A stretch of 64,000 nucleotides of DNA from Mobula birostris (GCF_030028105.1 NC_092379.1:27397821-27461820), one strand, 5' to 3'. Numbered from the stretch's first letter, positions 25,670 to 38,716 are shown. Program-made: numbers and translations. Notes: generated by a model not told the origin, from the letters alone.

Positions 25670-26860
25670 GACAGTCACTAGGCCGCCTGACCGGATGGCA
25701 TCCCAGGGCGAGTAGTAAGGACGTTCGCGTCAGAACTGGCACGTGGGTTTACAGAAATTTTTAATCTCTTCCTCTCCTATTGTAGAGTTCCCTCCTGCTT
25801 CAATACCTTTAGCTGTGCCGTTGTACCAAAATGACCGAGACTACATATCATAACAATTGGTGTCCTGTCGCACTCCCCTCAAAAGATAAGAAAATGCTTT
25901 AAGACGCTGGTCAAGGACTACATCTGCAGCATACTTCTAAAATACGTCAACCGACAGAACCGATCGATAGACAACACACTATCCGAGCTCTGCAAACCGT
26001 TCTTACACATCAGTAGAAGAGGGATACTTGTGTGACAATGCTGTGCTTGGACTACGCTTCAGCATTCAGCACCATCATTGCCTCCAGGTTCGACAAGAAG
26101 CTCGGAGACCTCGGTCTTCACACCGCTTTGAGTATTACAACCCTGGACTAGCTGTCATATAGCCGGCATGTGGAAAAAGTGAGCTCCCTCACCTCTGCCC
26201 CACGGATCCTCAACACAGGTGCCCTTCAGAGCCATGTACTAAGACGCAGGGCTGTGCAATAGCTCAACGAGGACCTCGTGTGATCATTACATATTGGTTC
26301 TGCGGTGAAAAAAGGCACACCAACGCGACTTTCACCTCATAATGTTGAAGTCGTTTGGTGTGCGGCCCCCTCCAAATTGTGATAACTTTCTATGGGGGTA
26401 CAATTGAGAGCATATTGACTGGCTGTATCACTGCCTGGCATGAGAACTGTACTTTCTTCAATCGCAGGACTCTGCAGAGAATGGTGCTGACAGCCTAGCA
26501 CATTTGTAGATGTGAATTTCCCAATAGTCATGACATTTACAAAGACAGGTTTGTGAAAAGGTCCCGAAGGATCATTAGTGGCCCGAGTCACCCCAACTGC
26601 AAACTGTACCGCAATATGAAAGCCAGGGCCAATAGGCACCGGGACGGCGTTATTTACACCAGGCCATCAGACTGCATAATTCCTGCTGAGGCAAATTTAT
26701 TTCTATGTTATATTGAGTAGCTTGTCTTACGGAATATTTATTATAAATTACAATAATTGCACATTGCACATTTAGCCGTAAAAGCAGCTTACTGATTATT
26801 TTTACTCCCGGTGTAGATGAGGAACGTAACCAATAAAGTCAAATCAATTCAATTCTGAGG
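25670..26860 (+). mobile_element. Rex1/Babar-type LINE, 5'-truncated and degenerate
   Basis: PDGIPGRVVRTFASELARGFTEIFNL and further RT remnants. 3' end AATAAAGTCAAATCAATTCAATTC. Confidence 0.7.
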
Positions 26861-27150
26861 TGCGTATCTGGAGCCTTGTCACGTCTAAAGAGAATCAAAT
26901 TTTGACATTAGTCGATCAGTTCGTTATGTATGTGTCGTTATGCATTCCTTAACATGCGTGTTCATTTGACCACGCCCACGCAGGGGTAATGCGATCTCTA
27001 TGTCATCGGCCAACATTGAATATTTACAGCCAATCCTTGAGCAGTAACAAAATCTTCCAGTGAGCTGTCACTCCTTCAAAAGCAGACATGATTGCCTCAA
27101 TAAGTTTACTGTGAGGTTGCCGATTATTCCAGAAGGCGTCAATTACCAAA

Positions 27151-27205
27151 ATGTTCAGATCGGAGAGATTAAAACTATTTCATCTCTGCCTAGCGCTGTT
27201 AATCA
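27151..27205 (+). CDS. Leader exon of V2
   Basis: MFRSERLKLFHLCLALLI plus A, then donor GTAAGT. 55 nt, phase 1. Confidence 0.88.
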
Positions 27206-27308
27206 GTAAGTAAAAAGGATGTTGTACAATCACGTGCATCATTTCATCTACTGTTGTTTATACCAGTTCACCGTTCACCTGATCCGGTTCGATTTTTCTT
27301 GCTTGTAG

Positions 27309-27598
27309 GCCGATGTATCTCAGAAGTTGTACGACAGTCTCCCTCTGGCATAACCGCACTGACGGGCGATTCCGTGCAGATAAACTGCACCTATAGTACA
27401 TCCAGCATTTACTCCATGATGTGGTACCGACAACAATCCGATCAGAGGCTGGAGTTCATAATGCAGCGTGGAATATCTGGGAGAGAAAACAAAGGTCGCT
27501 TCAAATTTGATCTCTCAACTGCGGGCAGTCGCGGACAGTTTACTATAGAACAGATCGAAGCCCCGGACACAGCCGTGTATTACTGCGCGATTAGGTCG
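27309..27598 (+). CDS. T-cell receptor alpha/delta-type variable segment V2, intact
   Basis: Acceptor TTGTAG| then RCISEVVRQSPSGITALTGDSVQINCTYSTSSIYSMMWYRQQSDQRLEFIMQRGISGRENKGRFKFDLSTAGSRGQFTIEQIEAPDTAVYYCAIRS. Cys, Trp and YYC are all canonical. Confidence 0.94.
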
Positions 27599-27637
27599 CA
27601 CAGTCCGACTAACCGCGACGGTCCCCGCACAAAAACC
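27599..27637 (+). other. 23-RSS of V2
   Basis: CACAGTC, 23-nt spacer, consensus nonamer ACAAAAACC (27629-27637). Confidence 0.93.
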
Positions 27638-27680
27638 TTTCCACACTTTACAGCTGCATCCGTTTCCGACACCGTAGAGG

Positions 27681-27719
27681 GGTTTGTGTAAGCGTTCAGC
27701 GGCACTTGTTGTGTCTGTT
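27681..27719 (-). other. Mutated 23-RSS of inverted pseudogene psiV2'
   Basis: On the - strand: AACAGAC (first C changed to A), 23-nt spacer, ACACAAACC. Confidence 0.75.
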
Positions 27720-28035
27720 GAATTAAAGGCGCAACAATAAGCGGTCGAGTCTCGCAGCTGCGTTTCAGAAACAACCAATAGAAACGTCTGGCTCTACTCA
27801 TTGAGGATAATTGCGCTGTATTGTAGAGCAACAAATGAACGCTGTAATGTTTCTTCTCCTCTCGGCGAAGATGTTTACTTGGTGCAGAAATTCTAAAGTC
27901 CAGCTGGAATAATGACCGTAGCAATATAGTTACATATTAGAGACAGGAGATTCTCCATAATTACAATGCAACAGGAAGTCTCGCGCTTCGTTTTTGATGA
28001 CTATACCAGGAGGACAGAATCCCCTTGCATGTTTG
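27720..28035 (-). pseudogene. Inverted TCR V pseudogene psiV2'
   Basis: Acceptor CTTGCAG| then NMQGDSVL..., frameshift, KNEARDFLLHCNYGESPVSNM*LYCYGHYSSWTLEFLH..., frameshift, YSAIILNE*SQTFLLVVSETQLRDSTAYCCAFNS. Confidence 0.85.
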
Positions 28036-31000
28036 CTGCAAGAATTATGTGGAGGGAGATTACGTTCAAATACAATGTCAAAAAGCTTCCAAACAAATTT
28101 AGCCCCTCACTGAATATATTAGTTAAGAAACAAGTAAATCTAACTTCCCCTTCAGCTCCGCAAGAATAAAAATCTCATACAGTTGAAAATCATACTGCTC
28201 TGCAATTGGTGAACTCAACAGTTACCAGAGCTTCTGTCGCCATCCTGTTTAATTCCATATTGGAAAATAAAAATCAAGTATTGAACACTTTCTCTTTTCT
28301 GCAACTTTCCAGAACACATTTAATAAACTCTGGCATGTGAATGAATTTATAGAAGTACCATCTGAAAACAAACGCTGAACAGCAGATGATGTTTATTTAG
28401 TATGCTAGGTATTTGTCTGGCTTTCCTAGGGATGGATCGTCCACTTCTCAAAGGAGACCTGAGAGTAGACTGTTACAGCATTAAGACTGGATTCACATCA
28501 GGTAAGAGGTCAATTAAAATGAGATGGTAAAAATTACCATTGAGGAAGACAATATATCTGCTCTTTATGAATGACGCATGGCAGTTGACAACGGTTTTAG
28601 TAGGGGAACGCTGCATCTAGTGATAGCAATGTCATTTGCCCCAAGACAATTATGGAAAATGGTAGCTTAGGTCACTGTGTTACGTCTTGAATTAGAGAAA
28701 TTCCACCAGATGGTATGACAGAGGATGTTGCAAGTGTTAATTGCGACAGGTTATTTTCTGGCAAAGGTGAATTTGGTAAGCGGGAGGCCTACTAAAAGTA
28801 AAATATTTAAAGTACAAAGATATATATGCCTGTCGTAATAAATATTAATGATTACAACTTTAGCGACACCCGGCTTTCAGAGATATTGAGGCCCTCGTTA
28901 GGGGAAAAAAAAAAACAAAAGATGTACATAGGAAGAAATGAGTTACCTGTGGAGAATAGAACATGAAATATATTACTTAGGGAAAAATCAGGGTCGGACG
29001 CTAAAAAAAAACATGTGGTTGTTCTAGAAAAGAAGGGAAAGCAGAATCCTTGGGGCGTCGTAACAGAAACTCAGAGATATAGAGTTGAAAAAAATAAATT
29101 TGGCTTTCTGGAAGATCAGATTGACAATCTATGAGTGGAGGCAAAGGAGATCGGAGGAATCATAAGTTGTATTTTTGTTTGTTTGTTTTTAGTTTTCATT
29201 TGTATATACATTTACTCCGCAGAAGGAAAGTGCGGTAAGGCAGTAGCGAGGTGGGCACCCTACAAAGATAACATAGGAAGAAGTGTTGGTTGTCTTGAGA
29301 GAAATTAGGGTGGATTAATCTCCGGTGACCGACGGACTGTTCCTCAAGTTACTGCGGAAGGAATGTACGGTGACTTCAGGGACCTTAGCAAAGACATTTA
29401 AGTCACAGGGGAGAAGAAGAAAACCGGTGAGTTCCTGCATAACTGACGGATAAAATCTTCACAGACATCCATAGGTGTAAAGGTATCTATTTTAAACGAC
29501 GTTTCGATTACGTCCTCCCGTAACTTCATCATAGATAATGCCGAGGGAATTCTAGTATATATTCCGGTCGTCCATCGCTCCTTTTTTTTTGTCGTAAACC
29601 TATCAGGTTTCAATGCCCTGCATTGTTTATAATCAAATTCCACATCTTACTTTGTGGGAGATTTTCTTCTTCGTTAAAATTATGCTTTAGTTTAATACTA
29701 ATTCAACGACTTCAGTGACCAGGCGGTCGCACAACCATTGGCATGACACAGAAGTTTTTTACAGTGGAAATGCATCCTATGGCAATCACGTAAGCAATGT
29801 TCTGCTACCCATTTCTTCTTCAGGTAGCCCAAAGCAATGCATGAACTATCTTCCCTGATGGCTGTTCGCATTGGGAGTACCATCTGGCCCATATAAACAT
29901 AAGGAGAAACATGTGACTACTGTCTGTATTCCCGATATTTCCTCTATTTCCTTACTGTCGCTAGTATCCTAAAGAAATACTGGATTAATGTCACCTGCAA
30001 ATTCGTAAGGAAGTCCAAATCACAGCATCTGCGGCCCAAGTATGACCTGTGGCTCAGGGCGGCAAGCGGTTACAGGGTTCACTGTGAATAAGTAGCAGCG
30101 CATATTGGTAAAAGGCGGTGAATGTTAGAAACCCACATCAAGGACTTCGGAAATGCATCTGCTTGGGTTACCTGGCGAAATCAGCTGCAGCAGAACATTG
30201 CACACGTAGGACATAGGATTGACTTCAAAGCCAGAAAACTACTGCACTGCGCCAATGGAGTTCAACACCGTTTAATGAAGGAAAAAAAAAGAAATTGTAA
30301 TAAGATGAAACATAATAATAATTTTAACAATGGTGAATGTCTCGCTTAAGTAAGAATAGGTATTCGAATGTAAACAGGATGGGACAATCTAGACCTGATT
30401 GGGTGAGGACTGAGCAATTAACAGCGACAGCAGACTGGGGCATTTATGAAACCCCGCTGGTTTCCATGGCTACGAGAATCTAGGGAAGCACTCCCCAATA
30501 CAGCCAAACACATGAGATTGTGCCGACTCTCCTATTCCAAACCCCGGTTTATGGATTCTGTGTAATTTGCTACGCTGTTGCAACTCAGAGGCAAGAAACA
30601 ACAGAGAGCGCATTGCATAAGATTAATGGATTTGTACTTATAAATCTTAACGAACGGGCAAGTACCGGAAAAAAAAACAAGATAGAAAAAAAAACACAAA
30701 ATGGTCCATTATATTTTACAGGTAGAGCTCAATTAAGCGATGCTCAGTCGATCTGGTGACTGGCTCCATCGAATCACTGTCTCCCCACCAGGTTATATCT
30801 TACGACCGGTTCTCTCCAGCGTCTTCTCATTCTGCTCCATCAGAACAAATTACCCAGCTCACATTCCAAAGAATCCCTTATCGCTAGCCATAACCGAAAT
30901 ACTATTTCTACAAAAAGATATTCCATTCGCAGTCAAAGATTTCCCAGGGTATTACAAATATATCCAGCGAACTAGACATGGCTTGGGGTCATTCCTGATG

Positions 31001-31059
31001 AAGATGACGGTGCCTGTAATCGAAGCGTCGGTGAAAATGGGCATCATGAGCTATAATTG

Positions 31060-32400
31060 AGTTCCTGGATGGGTGTTAGAGGAAAGCCAATATTGCTCCG
31101 CTCTTTATGCAATGGTGAGAGAAAGCCAGGGAATTATAAATCGGTGAATACGACATCAGTCCAGGCGAAAGCCTGTGGAAGTTATTCTGAGTCACTGTAT
31201 ATATGAGTAACCATCGTTAGACGGGGACTGTTTAGCAAGAGTCAGCATGGGTTTGTAGATGGTACGTTGTGTCTAGACAGTGTAATATAGCTCGGCGACG
31301 AAGTATCATGAATGTTGGTGAATAGAAGGCAGTGGGTCGTGTCCATATGACCATCAGCTAGTCATCGCGCAATTAGCTGTACGGAGGTTTACCACGACGG
31401 TTAAGTTGCCCGGAGCTGAAGATGAAGTTGTAAATTGCATTGTACATTTTCTGTACGGAAGAAGGCAGAAGCTGGCAGCAGATGCTTGAGTCTGTCACTA
31501 AAGGAGTGCCGCAGCGATCACTGCTATATTCATTGGTTTGTTATCATCTGCACTAACAATCACAGGGTCATGCGGTTTACCGGCTCGGCAACTTTGCATA
31601 CGAAACCAAAATTAGGAGAGCAGCAGACAGCGAGAAACACTACCAAAGATTGCAGCGTGAGCTGGACCAGCTGGAATCATGGGCTGAAAATGGCATATTA
31701 AATATTATGCAGATGGGTGTCAGTTGTTCCACAGCGGATCGTCCAGACACCTTTCACATGGAACAAAGACAAGAACGATTTCGACAAAACAAAGTGACCT
31801 GAGAATGCAGGTCAATAATTCATTTACGAGGCTTATTGCCTCATAAATCAATGTATTAAGTATTGATCTCGGGATGTTATGTTGAAATTATCGAATTATC
31901 TATATACCTAATTTGAAACCTAATATGATTGTTGTGTGTAGCTTATATCACCGACCTAGAGGAATATATATATACACACACACATACATTTATTTCAAGC
32001 AGTACAGGGATAATTTGTTGGGTAATGGAGATTGAGTAAATAGGTTAAATATTCATTCCTTATGAAGCAGATGATTGAAGAGAGATTTTATCAAGATATA
32101 CTCTATTGATAGGTTTACGGATAGGAAATTGCATACAGGCTCTTTAACTAAGGCTGTGTAAGACGGCAGTGAGAGCTCATGCGTGAAGGATACATCATAA
32201 AATGCTTAAAAGGATCATGAGTGGAATTTATTTTCACTCGGATAGTGGTTATAGTGTGGAACCAGCTGTCAGTACAAGTGACTGTTGCGATTTGAATTGA
32301 ATCAGATAAGATTTTTTTTGGATATTTAAATATATGGTAGGGGTGCATGGGTCTATAATTCGGGTGCAGTTTGATAGGTTGGCCAGAACTGGACACATTC
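31060..32400 (+). mobile_element. Old CR1 RT-to-3' fragment (paralog at ~42740-43900)
   Basis: Decayed ANIAPL..G.RKPGNY..V and FADDTK-region motifs, present in both duplicate copies. Confidence 0.7.
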
Positions 32401-33718
32401 TTCTGTGTCTATTTGACGATATGAGTCAATGCGCATGACAAACTGCCTTTTCCACAGAGAGTGGTGCCTGGGATATGCTTTGGTAATGGTAGTGAATATG
32501 TAAACCCTAGGGTCATAAAGAAACGTTTAGATTGGAAGATGGATATTCTGAGAGAGGAATGGCAAATTTAAGACTAAATCAGTTTAAAAAAGCAAACAAC
32601 AGGAATTCTGCAGATGCTGGAAATTCAAGCAACACACATCAAAGTTGCTGGTGAATGCAGCAGGCCAGGCTAGAGATACTAAATGAGTTTGTTTATTTTG
32701 TCGTTATTATGTGAATTTGCTAGGTTTCTCATAGTTGACCGAGTGATGGACCATTTGCTGTTTTTTTTTACACCAAATTTATATTCTATGAAAACAAAAT
32801 GCAGAAGATATTCATCAGGTCCGACGCCATCCTTTGGAAGAGGAACCTTATTGATGTTTCAAGTGGTAATTACTTCGTTAGAACCTACTACATGGGCACC
32901 CTATTATTTAATCCAGCATAATTAACGTCCGCAAAAACGTGTTGTTAGTTGTAGCATATTACGCCCTCTTGTGTCTTTTGCTGGCTGAGAATAGATGCTC
33001 ATCGCACGTCAGAGGAGAAGACAAACACCAACACAAGTACCCAATCCTCGTGTAAACACACTTGATCAGAGATAGTTAGAGTTAAATACTCAATCATACA
33101 CATATAAGCTATGCACGGCTTAACAAGAGACAATACAGTCACAAATTCACAGAGTGTGGCTCATACACTAGACAGATGAGATCGGAGGATAATTGAATAC
33201 AGATCTTTGGAAGTTAACTGTAGCCAAAGAAGGTAGAAATAACTAAGAAATAGTTAAGTCAAATTAATTAGTTTTTCAGCAACGAAATCAGAAACTGACT
33301 ACGAATTCACTTTACCAAATGTTTCTCTCGTTTTTTTTTTGCTTGCATCTGCAATTCATCTTACATTATCTATCATCTCTTCCGGGTAGCTCCGCTTTCT
33401 AACAATACCTGTGTATTATTCTACACTACTCATTGGTATGAAATGCTGTCGGAATTATTTCTAGCTGCTGCAATTCTCCAATTTCTACTGCAAATGTTCT
33501 CTCTTAAATATTTTTTCACGATGTAGTACCTCAAAAGTAAACGGCGACATTTTGATCTCTGAGCAATGCTGTTCGATCTACAGCGTTTATTTTCCAGCAG
33601 ATAGATTGTCTCCCCAGATTTCAGTTTCTGCAGTACCATTTCTCACCAATAATTTGGCGTACTGCCCTCATTTGAATTCATGCATCTGGAATGTCCAAGA
33701 CTTCCCAATATGTGCACG

Positions 33719-33886
33719 NNNNNNNNNNNNNNNNNNNNNNNNNNNNNNNNNNNNNNNNNNNNNNNNNNNNNNNNNNNNNNNNNNNNNNNNNNNNNNNNNN
33801 NNNNNNNNNNNNNNNNNNNNNNNNNNNNNNNNNNNNNNNNNNNNNNNNNNNNNNNNNNNNNNNNNNNNNNNNNNNNNNNNNNNNNN
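33719..33886. other. Assembly gap (168 N)
   Basis: Run of N bases. Confidence 0.99.
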
Positions 33887-36800
33887 TTCATTCATATATT
33901 CATTTATTTATTGATCGATCTATCTATCCATCTATCTTATATATATATATATGTATATATATATCTGCTTATTTACGTATTTTTTTGCCATCACCATGGC
34001 GTATGACCTACCCACCCTTCGGACCACAACACCTGTAAATTCACCGATCTAATACTAGTCTAATCACGGTACAATTTACGATGACCATTTGCCCGAATAG
34101 ATTGCAATTATTTTGCATTATGGGGAGAAATCAGTTCACCCGGAGGGAACTCACGCAGTGACAGGGACAGGTAAAAATCGTTTGAGTCAGCGGAAGGTAT
34201 TGAACCCATCGCTATAAATTATAAGTTGTGGTAACCACTATGCTACGGGGCCCGATGTTGTGTGGATACAACGATGAACTGAACACAGTTCGAAGCAGGA
34301 ATAGGCCCTTTTGCCACAATTTTGTGTGAAACAGCTGGAATGGTAAACCGGGACTAATCTTTCGTTCTTAAATAATGTGCAGGTCCCTGCATATTACGTA
34401 CATTTGTGTACAGATCTAAATGAGTCTTGAAAACCTCTAATGCATTTGTCTCTTCTAGCATGCCGAGTACAGCGTATCAGGCATTGGTCATTTTCCAAGT
34501 AACAAAAACGAACAACTTCTATCCCGTTTGCACATAACCTCTCTCATTATCAATGTGTTGCCACTGGTATTAGAATTTCCTCCCTAACAAAGATATCCCG
34601 TGTCTACTCTATCTATGCCTTTCATTATCCAGTCGCTTGTGCTAGCACTTGTCATCTAAAACTGGTAGCAACCTCCTGTTCTGTAGTGCAGTTTCTTCAC
34701 CATATTACATCACGTACTGCAGCTACTGGTGGACATCAAATCGAAACATCTGTGCAGTTGAAAGAATTTTCAATATTTGGGATAAAGTACCCGGATCAAG
34801 TCTTCAGCTGGAAGACAGACAATCTGAGAAAGAGAAAGTGGGACACGAGGCAGATAGCAGACGAGGGGCTAATGGCTAGATCAAAGATAGTACATGAGGA
34901 AAATTATCTGATTTGGGAGATTGTGTGAGGTGGATTATATTTCAGGAAAGATAAAGAGATATTTAAAATGTCACATGTGGTAAGATGGGGAGGAGAACGC
35001 CAGTGTAACGACAGAAAAAGATTGTGAGAGGGAGAGAAGAATGAGATTCCAGATGCTGGAAATTATTATGTGAAAAGAATGATCTGGAGCCAAATAAGAT
35101 AAGGGTAGAGGTTAGTTGCCAACAGGTTTGAGAAAACAATAAAACTGGTTTAAGAGGATATGATGAGCAAGAAGATTCTATTTGCACCGTAAGGAACAAA
35201 GGGAGTACAGGTTTCCTGAAAGTGTAGATTTTTTTTTTTTTGTTGTTTATTGAGAAGAATGGCTTTTCCCGAAAAAAACAACCAAAACTTCTTCTTCTCT
35301 GTATAAATTCAGACATGCATTCTGTGGAGTATCTCACATGTTGGCAATGCTTTCCTGTTTTCATGGAATATTTGTTTCTGTACAGATATTAAATCAATTT
35401 GTTGACCTCCGCAGTGTCTCGATAATATATACTCTATTTTTTTTTTCATTGTTTAAGATATGGGAACAATTTCTGCAGAACATTGAATGCAAAAGTCGCA
35501 CACAAAGATTCCAGCAGAGGGCAACATATGATTAGCAGCTGGTCGAACTCTAAGGCATAATACGCCTGCCCATTCGGAGCTTACGATCAGGATTTTCCAC
35601 TTTCACCGCTGTGGTACAGATTGGATTCTAGGCCAGATATATATCCCAGTGAATATTTGATTTCATGTCTTCTGGGGAAATAAAATATACTTGAAGACAA
35701 CGTGCATTTTCAGACAATCGCTTCAAAGTGAAATGTCATCAGCATAATGACTCCCAACCTTACATCTATGTCCAAACGCGTATTAAAGAAAAGCACGCAT
35801 ATCGTTTATGCTTAATAATATTTATGACTAATTTTAAGTCCTTCCTCGCATACTACTGCCATGTTAGAATCTCCAGAATGACTAGCGTGGTATATGGATT
35901 TCAAACATTCGCTATTCTGTTTCGAATGTCAGCTTTTTTGTGTCACCCAATTATCTCTAGACTTTCGATAAGACAACATTCAGAGCACGAATCGCGGTGC
36001 CTTAGAAAATATTGCAACCATGTACTCAAAGAAGAATGAATAAAAAAAAAAAAACACAATTGATGAAAATGAAGCAAGCTATCAAAATTCGAGAATCAGG
36101 CCATCCTGAAATCCTAAACAGAAATTTTCATCATTGTTTGACATATAAACGTTCAGATTTGTATCCCCAGTACTCATTTTGTTATATAACTACTCTCATA
36201 AGCCTGTGTTGAGAGAACGATATTCAGTGTAATCTATGCTCCATATAATCAGCCGATAGCCTTATTTTCTTTCTTTTCCCTTTCCTGGTGTTATGATTCA
36301 ATCTCTGTTCAATCCCCTTCCTAATTTACTCTCTGATTTCTCCTCCGTGTCCATTATAATAACAATCAACTCATGCATAGGGATATAAAATATTTTAGAA
36401 ACATGTTAAACTATGGGAATTAAAATTGTCCAGAGGAAATGTGGAATCAACTATCCCGGCCGGGGGAAAATAAAGGCCCAAATGGCTACAATACCAATAA
36501 TCAATGTCAAAACATTTTTTTTTAATCCGCAGAACGCAGGAGAATGAGCGAATGAAGTTAAAAAAAAAGTTAAATATTTTGAGAGGGATACGGAATTTCC
36601 GAGATGCAGTCTTTTTTTTTTTCCTGAGTAAATGTCAATCCAAAGCAAGTGGACGTGGTCTGCCTCTAAGAGAGGAAAATATATATCGACCTGATTGGCC
36701 ACTGATTCACTTCCAGGCTCCTAAATATGTCGATTTGCCAAAGGAGGTGATTGGTTAATTTCTGTTTTTTTTTTATTAATCAAATTGCAGTTGCTTAGAT

Positions 36801-38244
36801 TAACGAAAGGTTGCTATCGGAGAGATTTGGGCTGAAAGCAAAAAAAATCGGATTAATTGTTGGGCAGGCTTTCAACATCAAGGAAAGGAACAAAAACTCA
36901 CTGAACTTGTGTGGTAACACTCTAAGACTGTGCGACTCTATAAATCATTGAGACAGATAAATCTTGCAAAAAATAAAAAAAAAGAACAACTTTTCTTCAA
37001 GAAAGGAAGTTTTGAGAAAAGCTTGCGGAATTATATAATTCCTTTCTGTGGATATGGAACACTTTTGTCTTGATGTTACTGTTCAGTTATTCCGGGCTCT
37101 CCAAAATCATTTTTTTTCTGTAGTTCTCTGTAACAATGGTCCTGCTACTTATGAAAGCGTATTGAGTAGCTGGCACTACATTAGAGGAGTGTAAAAGAAC
37201 CATTATTTGCAATAAAGTGTCTAGTAATAAAGTAATAATCTGGCAAGCAACGGCCTAGGTTAAATACGCTGTAGTTCGGAATGAACTGCCAGAAACTTAC
37301 TTGAACGCACATCATCCGTATGCAATTTCCAGAATAGTTTTCGAGAGGATACCTCGACTTATTCCTTGTCTCTTTTCAGCATTTTTACGAATACGGAACG
37401 TGGAACGGGATGCCAGATATGATGCAGGAGCTGCTGTCTTATACACAGCTTCCTGGAAAAGCTGTATTCGAAGGCAGTACACAGCAGCATCTCAATTCCT
37501 GCTGTCAGTTCACCTGCAATGCTATTCTCTAAGTCTCCATATCACTCGATTCCCTTGTGAATTCTCTGCATGTATTGAATGCACGTAATAACAGCAAATA
37601 CACTTACAAGAAAAGAAATGTGTTCAATTCATTGCCCCTTTGATCCCTGGAGGAAGACAACGGCATATCTCGACCCTTATTGACAGCTTCTCTAGTCATT
37701 GATTAATAATGGACCCGCCTGCTGTAAATTGAATACCATTGACACATAAGAATCGTAAGTGCTCTTCGATGGCATACTGACAGATGTCTCATGCACTACC
37801 ATATATTAGCGTCTGTGTTTTACTGGTCTCAGTTCAATATACATTACAGTAATTGCAAAATGCACAATTAGCCGTAGACGTAACGTGATGATTTTTGCTT
37901 CTCATGTATATGAACAACGTAAGCAGTAATGTCAATTCTATTCAATTCTTTAGGTGCGTTTCTGGAGCCTTGCCACATATAAAGAGAACCAAATTTTGAC
38001 AGTAGTTGGTCCGTTCGTTATGTATATGTTTTTATGCATCCCTTAACATGCTTGTTCATTTGATCACGCCCACGCAGGGGTAATGCGATCTCCATGTCAT
38101 CGACCAATATTAAATATTTACAGCCAATCCCTGAGCAGTAATCAATTCTTCTAGTGAGCTGTCACTCATTCAAAAGCTGACGTGATTGCCTGAATAAGTT
38201 TACTGTGAGGCTGCCGATTACTACAGAAGCCGGTAATTACCAAA

Positions 38245-38299
38245 ATGTTCAGCTCGGAGAGGTTGAAACTATTTCATCTCTGCCTAGCGCTGTTAATCG
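38245..38299 (+). CDS. Leader exon of V3
   Basis: MFSSERLKLFHLCLALLI plus G, then donor GTAAGT. 55 nt, phase 1. Confidence 0.88.
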
Positions 38300-38387
38300 G
38301 TAAGTGCAAAGAATGTTGTACAATCAAGCGCGTCGCTTCATCTACGTTTATACCAGTAAAAACGGTTGTTTTTTTATTCGTTGACAG

Positions 38388-38677
38388 GCCGATGTCTCTC
38401 GGAACTTGTGCTAGAGTCTCCGTCTGACATAACCGCACTAACGGGCGATTCCGTGCAGATAAACTGCACCTATGGCACATCCAGCATTTATTCCATGACG
38501 TGGTACCGACAGAAATCCGATCAGATGCTAGAGTATATAATAATGCGTAGAATATCTGGGAGAGAAAACAAAGGTCGCTTTAAATTCGATCTCTCTACTG
38601 CGGACAGACGCGGCCAGTTTACTATCGAAGGAATCGAAGCCACGGACAGAGCTGTGTATTATTGTGCAATAGAGTCA
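38388..38677 (+). CDS. T-cell receptor alpha/delta-type variable segment V3, intact paralog of V2
   Basis: Acceptor TTGACAG| then RCLSELVLESPSDITALTGDSVQINCTYGTSSIYSMTWYRQKSDQMLEYIIMRRISGRENKGRFKFDLSTADRRGQFTIEGIEATDRAVYYCAIES. Confidence 0.94.
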
Positions 38678-38716
38678 CACAGTCCGACAAAACGCATCGT
38701 TGCCCGCACAAAAACC
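38678..38716 (+). other. 23-RSS of V3
   Basis: CACAGTC, 23-nt spacer, ACAAAAACC (38708-38716). Confidence 0.93.

Larger units (their letters stand above)
26640..37730 (+). repeat. Copy 1 of a ~11 kb tandem segmental duplication carrying the convergent V cassette
   Basis: Collinear with ~37730-47690. Anchors: 26860/37950, 27151/38245, 29240/41250, 30480/42100, 33300/44510, 36600/47410. Boundaries approximate. Confidence 0.88.

Noticed and set aside
29698-29950. Frame open in both duplicate copies (also 41737-42006) with WY and FC motifs
   Set aside because: Short, no recognisable family and no splice or RSS support; shared openness is explained by the duplication.
33552-34038. ORFs of 75-120 aa across the gap
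   Set aside because: Created by the N run and a microsatellite.
35100-35400. GDTAEVN...YSM...EFIQR faint V2 similarity on -
   Set aside because: Too degenerate, and copy 2 does not reinforce it.
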